Both the position numbers and the translations under genes were made by a program. The notes beneath the pieces are model-generated. The model saw nothing but the letters and a program-made list of their open reading frames with translations. It was not told the DNA's origin and ran no database searches. A stretch of DNA of 31,702 bases from an uncultured Gemmatimonadales bacterium (GTDB taxonomy: Bacteria; Gemmatimonadota; Gemmatimonadetes; Gemmatimonadales; GWC2-71-9): positions 1-31,702 of the forward strand of contig CAWGSK010000033.1 in the NCBI GenBank assembly GCA_963825055.1, written 5' to 3'. Each line of letters opens with the position of its first letter. Position 1 is the stretch's first letter. Below are positions 16,268 through 24,365 of this stretch, piece by piece.

Positions 16268-17047
16268 ATGGCCGATGCTCCGATGCACGAACCGGGTTCC
16301 TTCTGCTGGGCCGATCTCGCGACCAGTGAGGTCCAGGGCGTGCTCGACTTCTACACCGGGCTGTTCGGGTGGACGTCCGAGTCCCGTAAGATGGATGGCG
16401 GCCCGGACTACCACCTGCTGAAAAGCGAAGGTGGCGCTGAGGTGGCAGGCCTCTTTGCGTCGAGTCCCGACTCCCCTCGCGGGGCGGGGTGGCTGAGCTA
16501 TGTCGCGGTGGCCAACGCAGCCGAAACCGCGGCGAAGGTGGAGGGCTTCGGCGGAACGGTCACGACGGAGGCGGTGGATGTGGCGGATGCGGGTCGCGCC
16601 GCCGTGATTCGTGGCCCGGATGGGGAGGCGCTGGCCCTCTGGGAGGCCCGCACCCACCCCGGTGCCGCCATCTGGAACCGGCCCGGGGCCATGAGCTGGA
16701 ACGAACTCGCGACGCGTGACAGGGAATCGTGCCGGGTATTCTACACCAACCTCTTCGGCTGGAACACCGACCAGCAGCAGCGGCCCGGTTACGGGTACAC
16801 GACTTTTCTCCGTTCACGATTTCCAGTTGCCGGGATGCTGGAGATGACCCAGGAGTGGGGCGAGATGGCGCCCCACTGGATGGTCTATTTCGGAGTGCAG
16901 GACTGCGCCGCCGCGACGGCGAAGGCCGAGTCGCTTGGCGGGAAGGTTGAGGTGCCGTGCACGGACATTCCGGAGGTGGGCACCTTTGCCGTGATCTCCG
17001 ATCCGGGCGGTGGGGTGTTCTCGGTGCTGAAACGGGTGGGATGGTAG
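16268..17047 (+). CDS. Two-domain VOC/glyoxalase family protein (Rv0577/CFP32-like)
   Basis: GAGGAG Shine-Dalgarno before ATG 16268. Duplicated PG..CW.DL.T..FY..LFGW and W..Y..V.D..GG motifs; D(P)xG at the domain ends. Confidence 0.88.
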   Translation: MADAPMHEPGSFCWADLATSEVQGVLDFYTGLFGWTSESRKMDGGPDYHLLKSEGGAEVAGLFASSPDSPRGAGWLSYVAVANAAETAAKVEGFGGTVTTEAVDVADAGRAAVIRGPDGEALALWEARTHPGAAIWNRPGAMSWNELATRDRESCRVFYTNLFGWNTDQQQRPGYGYTTFLRSRFPVAGMLEMTQEWGEMAPHWMVYFGVQDCAAATAKAESLGGKVEVPCTDIPEVGTFAVISDPGGGVFSVLKRVGW

Positions 17048-17050
17048 ATC

Positions 17051-17092
17051 GGTGAAGAGTGAGTAGTGAGTAGCGAGTATTGACTGGTGACT
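17051..17092 (+). repeat. Heptamer tandem repeat, AGTGAGT-like, x6
   Basis: GGTGAAG AGTGAGT AGTGAGT AGCGAGT ATTGACT GGTGACT, starting just after the VOC stop. Confidence 0.8.
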
Positions 17093-17164
17093 GGTGTGGC
17101 GCGTGGGTGCGAAGCACGTGTCACGACCAGGTGACGACTCCCGACTCCACGGAACGGATCACCC

Positions 17165-18019
17165 GTGCTCCTGATCCCCTTTCTCCTGATGGCGCTTGCC
17201 TTGCCGTCCCCTCCCGTCTCCGTCATGTCCTTCAATATCCGCTACGGGACGGCGAAGGACATGGAAAATGCGTGGCCGAATCGGAGGGACCAGGTGTTTG
17301 CGCTCCTCCGGCGGGAGGCGCCAGACCTGCTCGGCGTCCAGGAGGCGCTTCGGTTCCAGCTCGATGAACTCCACCAGGCCGTGCCCGGGTACGGGGAGGT
17401 CGGGGTGGGCCGGGCCGACGGGGACACCGCGGGCGAGTACGCCGCAATCCTCTACCGGCGTGCGCGCTTCACTGTAGCGGACTCGGGCTGGTTCTGGCTT
17501 TCCGATACGCCTGGCGTGCCGGGCTCCATGTCCTGGGGGAACCGTATCACCAGGATCTGCACCTGGGCACGGCTGGTTGATCGCGAGACCGGCGATACGA
17601 TCCGTTTCTACACGCTGCATCTCGACCACGAGTCCCAGCCGTCCCGCGTAGCTTCAGCAGCGCGGGTGGCCCGGCACATCGAGGAGGGGGGCGGGCCGGC
17701 AAACGTGATCCTGACCGGCGATTTCAATGCAGGCCCCGGGAACGAGGCCATCGGACTGATACGCGATTCCCTCGGCCTGGTGGACACGTGGGAAAAGAAG
17801 CATCGAGACTCCCTGCCCGCGGGAACCTTCCACGCGTTCAGCGGCGGGGAGACCGGGGACCGGATAGACTACGTCTTCGTCTCCACGGATTTCGCCGTTC
17901 TCAGTGCGGAGATACGACATGACTCAGAACGCGGCCGCTGGCCGTCCGATCATTTTCCAGTGACGGCGGAGGTGAACTATGCCCATGGCAGGAAGCAGGG
18001 AACGGGGAACAGGGAGTAG
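17165..18019 (+). CDS. Exported endonuclease/exonuclease/phosphatase (EEP) family protein
   Basis: Hydrophobic N-terminus; MSFNIRY, GVQE, ILTGDFN, RIDYVF and SDHFPV catalytic motifs. Confidence 0.9.
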   Translation: MLLIPFLLMALALPSPPVSVMSFNIRYGTAKDMENAWPNRRDQVFALLRREAPDLLGVQEALRFQLDELHQAVPGYGEVGVGRADGDTAGEYAAILYRRARFTVADSGWFWLSDTPGVPGSMSWGNRITRICTWARLVDRETGDTIRFYTLHLDHESQPSRVASAARVARHIEEGGGPANVILTGDFNAGPGNEAIGLIRDSLGLVDTWEKKHRDSLPAGTFHAFSGGETGDRIDYVFVSTDFAVLSAEIRHDSERGRWPSDHFPVTAEVNYAHGRKQGTGNRE

Positions 18020-18024
18020 GGAGT
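17990..18024 (+). repeat. Heptamer tandem repeat AGGGA(AC/GT) x5 overlapping the EEP 3' end
   Basis: AGGAAGC AGGGAAC GGGGAAC AGGGAGT AGGGAGT; encodes the tail RKQGTGNRE and the stop codon. Confidence 0.8.
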
Positions 18025-18034
18025 CATGATGGGC

Positions 18035-18072
18035 GACCGCCCGCCGCCCGAATACCCGGGCGGCGGGCGGTC
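18035..18072. terminator. Perfect 16-bp GC-rich hairpin between convergent genes
   Basis: GACCGCCCGCCGCCCG-aatacc-CGGGCGGCGGGCGGTC, with only short T tails. Confidence 0.75.
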
Positions 18073-18098
18073 TTCAAACGGAAGTGGTGGCCGGCGGC

Positions 18099-18782
18099 TC
18101 AGTTGCCGCTCGCCGCCTCGGCCCTGGCTTCGGCCTTCATCTTGTCATTCGCAAAGATCGCCACTTCCACCCGCCGGTTCTGCTGGCGGCCGGCGTCCGT
18201 ATCATTGCTGGCCAACGGGTCGTTCTCGCCCATGCCCTTCGTACCGATACGGCTCCGGTCCACGCCGACGGTGGCGATGTAGCTCGCCGCTGCCTCGGCA
18301 CGACGGCGCGAGAGATCCAGGTTGTAGCTGTCCGTGCCGACGCTGTCGGTGTGACCGACGATGAGAACGTCCTCGCCAGGATTCTTCGCCAGGCTCGCGG
18401 CCAGGTTCCTGAGGTTCTCCCGGGCTTCGGACCTGAGCGTGGCGGAGTTGAAGTCGAACAGAAGTCCGGAGTCGAAGGTCACGGCAATTCCCTCACCGAC
18501 ACGCGTAACGGTGGCTCCCGGAATATCCTGGTCCAGCTCCTTGGCCTGCTTGTCCATCTTGGAGCCGATGATCGAGCCGGCGACGCCACCGACGGCGGCA
18601 CCGATGATGGCCCCACGGGCCGTATTCCCGGTCGCCTTGCCAATGGCTCCCCCGACCACGGCGCCCGCACCGACCCCGATCGCGGCACCCTCCTGCGTCT
18701 TGTTGGCGCAGCCGCCAAGCCCTGCGATCCCCGCAAAGCCCAGGAGCAGCGCCATCCCGGTTGCCCGGTTCGCATTTAGCAC
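18099..18782 (-). CDS. OmpA family lipoprotein with glycine zipper (YiaD-like)
   Basis: AGGAGGA Shine-Dalgarno before GTG 18782 (alternative ATG at 18797); lipobox LGG-C; GAAIG..GAVVGGAIG zipper; LLFDFNS..IVGHTDSVG..N..LS.RRA..NRRVE. Confidence 0.92.
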   Translation of the reverse strand: MLNANRATGMALLLGFAGIAGLGGCANKTQEGAAIGVGAGAVVGGAIGKATGNTARGAIIGAAVGGVAGSIIGSKMDKQAKELDQDIPGATVTRVGEGIAVTFDSGLLFDFNSATLRSEARENLRNLAASLAKNPGEDVLIVGHTDSVGTDSYNLDLSRRRAEAAASYIATVGVDRSRIGTKGMGENDPLASNDTDAGRQQNRRVEVAIFANDKMKAEARAEAASGN

Positions 18783-18876
18783 GGTATTCCTCCTCATTCA
18801 GTGACGACTAACATTGCTTTCCGCCACAACTTACAGCCTGGTCCCGGATCCGTCTGTGATGGGGGACCATCAGGCC

Positions 18877-18911
18877 GGTCGAAGGGCGGGGGTCGGAGGT
18901 CAAAGGTTGAG
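18877..18911 (+). repeat. Degenerate heptamer repeat, GGTCRRA-like, x5
   Basis: GGTCGAA GGGCGGG GGTCGGA GGTCAAA GGTTGAG. Confidence 0.55.
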
Positions 18912-18945
18912 GGGCCGAAAACGAGAGGTCGAGAGCCAGGAAGCG

Positions 18946-19971
18946 TCAGGAGAGCCACGAGTCCAGGTGCTCCTGGACAAAGGCATCATCCCGGAGGTGC
19001 GGAAGTTCCTTCCAGATCCGGTCGATGGCCTCCATTTGCCCCGGCGAGAGCTGTTCATCGCGATCGAGGCACCACCTGCCCTGCAGGAGTCCCATCCGGC
19101 GAAGAACCTCGTGGATTCCGGGAATGACCCCGGCGAACCCGTTGGCGGCGTCGAAGATGGCCCCATTGGCCTGCGTGAGGTCGTCGGCGTATCGAAACAG
19201 GGATGCCGGGGCCCTCCCGGTCGAGCGGACCCGCCGGCATCGGGCGAGATCCCGGACCGCCTGCCGGGTCCAGACCGACCACTGGCCCAGGAGGCCGCCG
19301 GTCATCGGGGAGGGGCCGGGTGCGAGGAGGTCGTGAATGATGTGGTCGTCGTTGCCGGTGTAGAGGGCGACGTCCCGCCGACCGGAATCCAGCAGGGCCC
19401 GCCGGACGACCAGTGTGCGGTATCGGTCGAACGGCGCCACCTTGATGGCCACGAGATTTTCGAGCTCCAGCAGGCGCTGCCAGAACGCCTCTGGCAGCGG
19501 TCTGCCTCCGACGGCGGGCTGCAGATAGAATCCGAATACCGGGATGATCTCTCCCACGGCCCGCATGTGGTCGAGGAGTCGTGGAATGGACGCCCCCGGC
19601 AGCGCGCCCAGGCTGACCAGGCCGGCGTGGTAGTGCAGGTCGCGCGCGAGCCGGGCCTCGCGGATCGCCTGCGGGGTCCTGCCGCAGATGCCCGCCACGA
19701 GTACCGTGGTCTTCGCTCTGGTGGACCGTTCTCTTGCCGCGAGCGCAGCCAGCTCGAGGACGGGCTGCAGCATCCCCGCGCCCGGCTTCCGGATGCCGAA
19801 CTGGGTGGTGTGAACACCGACCGCCAGGCCGCCTGCGCCTGCCGCCAGGTAGTAACGCGACAGGGCGGTCTGCCGTCGTTCGTCCAGCCGTCTCAGCGAA
19901 GTGAGCGCCAGCGGATGGGCCGGGATGACCATGCCTCTGCGCAGCAGGCGGGTGAGCGTTGCCCGGCGCAC
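18946..19971 (-). CDS. Dihydrodipicolinate synthase-like (class I aldolase/lyase) family protein
   Basis: GTG start overlaps the upstream TAG (TAGTG). Motifs VIPAHPLAL, GGLAVGVHTTQF, FYLQPAVGG, AIKVAPF (candidate Schiff-base Lys), LYTGNDD. Confidence 0.85.
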   Translation of the reverse strand: MRRATLTRLLRRGMVIPAHPLALTSLRRLDERRQTALSRYYLAAGAGGLAVGVHTTQFGIRKPGAGMLQPVLELAALAARERSTRAKTTVLVAGICGRTPQAIREARLARDLHYHAGLVSLGALPGASIPRLLDHMRAVGEIIPVFGFYLQPAVGGRPLPEAFWQRLLELENLVAIKVAPFDRYRTLVVRRALLDSGRRDVALYTGNDDHIIHDLLAPGPSPMTGGLLGQWSVWTRQAVRDLARCRRVRSTGRAPASLFRYADDLTQANGAIFDAANGFAGVIPGIHEVLRRMGLLQGRWCLDRDEQLSPGQMEAIDRIWKELPHLRDDAFVQEHLDSWLS

Positions 19972-20984
19972 TAGAAGCGCCCTTCCCGTTCCTCGAAATG
20001 CGTAGGCTTGCCCAGGCTGCGTCCGCCCGCCTCGACCCACCCGGCCACCAGGTCCACCATCGTGTCCAGGTCGAGTGACGGAGGGCCGTAGCGCGCCATG
20101 GCGAGGGCGGCGTTCGAGAGCAGCGCGGTCCGGGCTTCCTCCCCGGCAAAATGCGGCTCGGTGCCGAACCGCCGGGCGAACCGTTCCGCGATGTCGCGCA
20201 CCGCGAATGCTTCAGGTCCCGTCAGGTTCAGCACGAAGGGGGGACTGGCGCAGTCCGGGATGGCGCGGAGGGCGATGGCGTTCGCGTCCCGCTGCCAGAT
20301 GAGGTTCACATATCCCATCCGGAGGTCGACGGGCGCGCCGGCATGGACGCGTCGGGCGATGTCATGGAGGACGCCATAACGGGGTTCGACGGCATAGTTG
20401 ATCCGGAGGATGGCCATCCGCGTGCCCCACCGGCGTGAGGCAAACGCGGCGAGCCGTTCCCGTGCCAGGGCGGATTGCGCGTACTCGCCGACCGGTCCGG
20501 GGGGATCATCCTCGACCGGGCCGGGCAAGTCGACGCGGCTCAGCGGGTAGATGTTCCCGGTGGAGAATACGACCAGCCTGGAGTGGCGATAGCGACGGAA
20601 CGTGTCGGCTGCGACCATCGCGTTGATTGCCCAGGTCGCGCCCTGGTCGCCCTCGGTGCCGAACTTGTGTCCCACCATATAGACCACGTTCGGCACGTCC
20701 GGAAGCCGCTCCACCGCTCCCGGTTCGAGCAGGTCCACCGCGATGATCTCCGCACCCGCCTCGGCGACGGCGTTCCTGGTCACGGGATCCGCGAAGCGCG
20801 CCGCAGCCAGAACCCGGCCCGGGTTTCCCGCGGCCGCTCTTGCCCGACAGGCCAGCCGGACCAGGCTGGGGCCCATCTTGCCGGATGCGCCGACAACCAG
20901 CAGGTCGCCATCCAATGCGCGGGCCGCTTCAATGTCGGAGGACGTCGGGCGGCTGAGTTCGTCGTCGAGCTCGGCTTCGGTCAT
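19971..20984 (-). CDS. NAD-dependent epimerase/dehydratase family protein
   Basis: VVGASGKMG Rossmann loop; G.KFG, FSTGNIY, GEYAQS...RE, RINYA, N.IWQ.DAN, C-terminal KPTHFE.R.G.F. Confidence 0.88.
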   Translation of the reverse strand: MTEAELDDELSRPTSSDIEAARALDGDLLVVGASGKMGPSLVRLACRARAAAGNPGRVLAAARFADPVTRNAVAEAGAEIIAVDLLEPGAVERLPDVPNVVYMVGHKFGTEGDQGATWAINAMVAADTFRRYRHSRLVVFSTGNIYPLSRVDLPGPVEDDPPGPVGEYAQSALARERLAAFASRRWGTRMAILRINYAVEPRYGVLHDIARRVHAGAPVDLRMGYVNLIWQRDANAIALRAIPDCASPPFVLNLTGPEAFAVRDIAERFARRFGTEPHFAGEEARTALLSNAALAMARYGPPSLDLDTMVDLVAGWVEAGGRSLGKPTHFEEREGRF

Positions 20985-21153
20985 GGCCCAATGTGATAGT
21001 GAGACGTGAGAAGTTGCGTCGTACGGTGGAAAAGTGGAACGGGAGGAGCGAAAGGCGAAGAGTGCCGCTTAAGACCATACGCCGGGCGTTCCTTTCTGAA
21101 ACCTCATCCGCCCTGCTCCCGTCAGGGGGCCATTCCGCCAACCTGGAGATCCG

Positions 21154-22023
21154 ATGCGCAAGCTGGTGTGGGCAGCCGCTGGTACCGCGGTAATCCTCGG
21201 GGGCTTGAGCGTGGCGGTCCTGACCGGGACCAGAAGGGTGCCGGTGATCGAGGACGTACCGGAACCACTCCTCCCGGTTCCGATCATGACCATGGAGCAG
21301 TATGACTCGATCGAGGACCACGCCAGGCCATACGTTTTCGAACTGTCACCGGATGGGGGCTCTGGTGCACTGCTGTTCTACGGGAGCACCCATACCAGGG
21401 ATACCGAGGATCCCCAGCTCGCGGACATCCGGGACCGATGGGACGCATTCCATCCCACGCTGGCACTCGTGGAGAGCATGCTCGGTCTCTATCCGGGGTT
21501 CCTCAATCCCGTACACGTGTTCGGGGAGATGGGATACGTCGGCGCCCTCGCCCGGTCCGACGGGGTGACCCTCATGAGCTGGGAACCGTCCCGGGAAGAG
21601 GAGGTCCGCGGCATGCTGCGGGATTTCCCGCCCGTACAGGTGGCCATGTTCTACGTGCTGCGGCCCTACTTCGGCGCCCTGCGTTTCGGCAGGCCCGCGG
21701 ATCCGGAGGGCTTTGTTGAGGAGTACCGGCGGAAGCGGACGAGGTATCCCGGGCTGGAGGGAACCATTCCCGACATGGCCGCCCTGGACTCGCTCTGGAA
21801 GCAGGAGTTTCCCTCCGGGCCCGACTGGCGCGACGTCTCCGACGAATATGGCCTGCCGGGGTTCCTCCCGCCGCTCTTCAGTCGCTCCAACGCCATCCGG
21901 GACGAGCACCTTGCTGCTGTTGTCCTGGATCGGATGGCGCGCGGCGAGCGGGTCTTCGTCATTGCGGGATCAAGTCATGCGGTGAAGCTGGAGGGAGCGC
22001 TGCGCGCGGCGATGGGTGGGTGA
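21154..22023 (+). CDS. Membrane-anchored hypothetical protein, possibly TraB/ChaN/EreA-like fold
   Basis: GGAG Shine-Dalgarno; N-terminal hydrophobic helix; motifs FYGSTH, ALVES, NAIRDE, VFVIAGSSHA. Confidence 0.7.
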   Translation: MRKLVWAAAGTAVILGGLSVAVLTGTRRVPVIEDVPEPLLPVPIMTMEQYDSIEDHARPYVFELSPDGGSGALLFYGSTHTRDTEDPQLADIRDRWDAFHPTLALVESMLGLYPGFLNPVHVFGEMGYVGALARSDGVTLMSWEPSREEEVRGMLRDFPPVQVAMFYVLRPYFGALRFGRPADPEGFVEEYRRKRTRYPGLEGTIPDMAALDSLWKQEFPSGPDWRDVSDEYGLPGFLPPLFSRSNAIRDEHLAAVVLDRMARGERVFVIAGSSHAVKLEGALRAAMGG

Positions 22024-22039
22024 GACCCGACCCCCGAGC

Positions 22040-23692
22040 CTACGTCGTCTCCAGCGGCAGCCGCGTGTTGCCGATGGCGCGCACGACCGGACGGAGGCTC
22101 GCCGGGAGGTCGGCGGGTGGTGTGTTCGACCAGCTGTTCACCCGCGGGGTAATGGCGGTCCGCAGGGTGCCGTACCGGCGCGCGGTCTCGGGGCTGCTGA
22201 AGACGATGCTCGATCCCTTCACCTCGTAGCGGCCTTCCTCGCCGGAGATCAGGCCGTACACGTTGTCGATCTGGGCCAGGAGGTCGTCGACCATGCGAGC
22301 CGATTCGGCGGATTCCTTGAGGATCTTCCGCTTGTCCCAGCCGCGAAATTCCTGTTCCGACAGCCCGAGGCGCTTGCCGACCTGGTTCAGCGTGTCGCTG
22401 TACGCCTGCTCGATCCGGTTTTCCCGCTCGCGGTACTGCCGGATGGTGGCGCCCGCGAGTGCGAGCGTGCGGCGTGCCGACTGGAGCTTCCCGGTCGAGC
22501 TGAGCCTGGTGGCGTCGAACAGATCGCTGAAGCCAATCTGGGAGAGCCGCGCGTCCATCTCGGACTGGGCCTGCTCATAGGCCGACGCGTAGTGGCTGGC
22601 GAGCACGACGGGCGAGATGCTGATCTGCGTTCCCGAACCCACCCCGGGCTCAAGCGCGGCGGAGGCCGCGTTCAGGTCCATCTGGAGCGCTGGAGGGCTC
22701 GGGGCGCGTGCCGTGGGTATGCTGTCCGGCCCACGAGCTGGTGCCTGCTCAGGAGCGGCAGGAATCTCGGGAGCGACGATGCTCGAGGCGCGTGCCGTGT
22801 CTTCCAGGGGCCGCACCGGCGCGCTGGTCGCACCGGAGGGCAGTCCGGTCGGGGAGGGTGACGTGCTGGCGAGCGTCTGCACGGAATCGCCTCCCTCCCC
22901 TCGTGACCACGGATGCCAGGCCACTGCTCCCACGGTGACGGCGAGGGTAACGATGGCTGCCACTGCGAGCGCCACCGGCACGCGGCGTCGCGGCGCCGGG
23001 GAGGGGGGTGCGTAATCGAAATCGGTTTCCGCCGCGGGCTCCTCCGCCGGCGGCATGACGAGATCGGGGCTTGGCACCGGCTCGTGGGTGTCCTCGACCT
23101 CCAGTACCGGGAGGCCGGCGAGGGCCTCCTCGGGGCCGGCTTCTGCCGGTGGAATGCTCTCGGCAGCGGCCTCCGCAGCCGCCCCATATTCTTCGGCAGG
23201 TGGTGTTTCGACGGGGGCAGCGGGCTCAGCCGGCGCGTCCGACATCATCGGCGGGAGCGGCTCGGGGGACGCCGCCGGCTCAGGTGCGGGCGGTTCCACG
23301 ACTGCACGACTCACCGGGCTCCGCGGCTCAGCGATGGGGCGCTGCATCTCACGGAGCCGCCGGACCTTGGCCTGGATCATCGCATCCCGATTCTCCACGG
23401 CCTGCTCGTTCTCGGCCTCCTGCGAAGGACGCGCAGGCACCAGCGGTGTCGCCGGTGACGGGGCCGGTTGAGCCGGGGCCGGGGACACGGTAGCGGCGGG
23501 AGCTGGCGGCGTGCTCGAGCGCGCCTGGATGGTCTGGTAGTGCGGGTGCGTGCTGATGGCCAGCCATCGATCGGCGCGCCGGTGGTAGATCAGCGCATCC
23601 GGGGTGACTTCACCGCTGCGGACTGCGACCGCAAGCGCGTCGATCGAGTTGTAAACCGTCTCTTCGCCCGAAGTGAGCTTGATGCGATACAT
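22040..23692 (-). CDS. Bitopic membrane protein: GYF_2/DUF4339-like N-domain, Pro/Ala/Glu-rich linker, one TM helix, helical C-domain
   Basis: Probable ATG 23692 (MYRIKLTSGEE..L...VRSGEVTPDALIY...DRW); low-complexity linker; TM helix VPVALAVAAIVTLAVTVGAVAW. Confidence 0.7.
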   Translation of the reverse strand: MYRIKLTSGEETVYNSIDALAVAVRSGEVTPDALIYHRRADRWLAISTHPHYQTIQARSSTPPAPAATVSPAPAQPAPSPATPLVPARPSQEAENEQAVENRDAMIQAKVRRLREMQRPIAEPRSPVSRAVVEPPAPEPAASPEPLPPMMSDAPAEPAAPVETPPAEEYGAAAEAAAESIPPAEAGPEEALAGLPVLEVEDTHEPVPSPDLVMPPAEEPAAETDFDYAPPSPAPRRRVPVALAVAAIVTLAVTVGAVAWHPWSRGEGGDSVQTLASTSPSPTGLPSGATSAPVRPLEDTARASSIVAPEIPAAPEQAPARGPDSIPTARAPSPPALQMDLNAASAALEPGVGSGTQISISPVVLASHYASAYEQAQSEMDARLSQIGFSDLFDATRLSSTGKLQSARRTLALAGATIRQYRERENRIEQAYSDTLNQVGKRLGLSEQEFRGWDKRKILKESAESARMVDDLLAQIDNVYGLISGEEGRYEVKGSSIVFSSPETARRYGTLRTAITPRVNSWSNTPPADLPASLRPVVRAIGNTRLPLETT

Positions 23693-23969
23693 GAACGGCC
23701 CCGGCTCTTTCAGGAGGTACAGGTGGATTCCCCCTATTGCATAGCAACAGGCGGGCCATTCATAAGTTGTTGTCACACAGCCACTTGGGTAATGGGGTGC
23801 AGGATGGTGCCTTGCAAAGTGCCATGGCAGGGCGGTCGGGGGGCGTTCAGGGGGGACAAGACGGCCGGCCGCCCGGACTGTCCTTGTACGTCCCGCCGTG
23901 ACCTGGCCTACGGCGCTCCGGGCGCATCCCGGGGAGCTTGGGAATTCACTTGTTGAGGGAGGTGTAACG

Positions 23970-24359
23970 ATGAAGCGCCTGACGTCGAGGCTCCTGCTCC
24001 TCGCCGCAGCACTGGTGTCCGGCGGTTGTGTGGCCGCGGCCGCCGGCGCCGGGGCGGCGACGGGGGTCTACCTGACTACCCGCGGCGCGGAGTCCCTCGT
24101 CAATGCCAGTGTGGAGGACGCGGCGGGCCGTACGCGGGACGCGTTCGACCATTTCGACATCACGACGACAAAGACGACCGAGGAGCGGGGCGGGGACATA
24201 CGGCAATTCGACGGGAAGACGGGTGACCTGGACGTGGCGGTCAAGCTCGAGCGGAAAAGCCCCTCCACCACCAGGGTCGAAGTGACCGCCCGGAAGAACG
24301 CCGCCGAGTGGGACAAGGACTTCGCCCAGAAGATCCTTGCGGAAATCGTCGGGGACTGA
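23970..24359 (+). CDS. DUF3568-like lipoprotein
   Basis: GGGAGG Shine-Dalgarno before ATG 23970; lipobox SGG-C followed by VAAAAGAGAATG; C-terminal V.V.L....TTRVEV...D...AQKIL.EI. Confidence 0.75.
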   Translation: MKRLTSRLLLLAAALVSGGCVAAAAGAGAATGVYLTTRGAESLVNASVEDAAGRTRDAFDHFDITTTKTTEERGGDIRQFDGKTGDLDVAVKLERKSPSTTRVEVTARKNAAEWDKDFAQKILAEIVGD

Positions 24360-24365
24360 AGGGCG

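Noticed and set aside
20991..21064. Purine-rich quasi-periodic stretch (GTGAGA/GTGGAA/GCGAA)
   Set aside because: The period mixes 7 and 8 and the units are too degenerate to call, although it may be a decayed member of the repeat family.
23800..23828. Possible sigma54 promoter (GG-N10-GC; TGGCAC on the minus strand)
   Set aside because: The forward match lacks the TGGCAC -24 context, and the reverse TGGCAC has the wrong spacing to TTGC.
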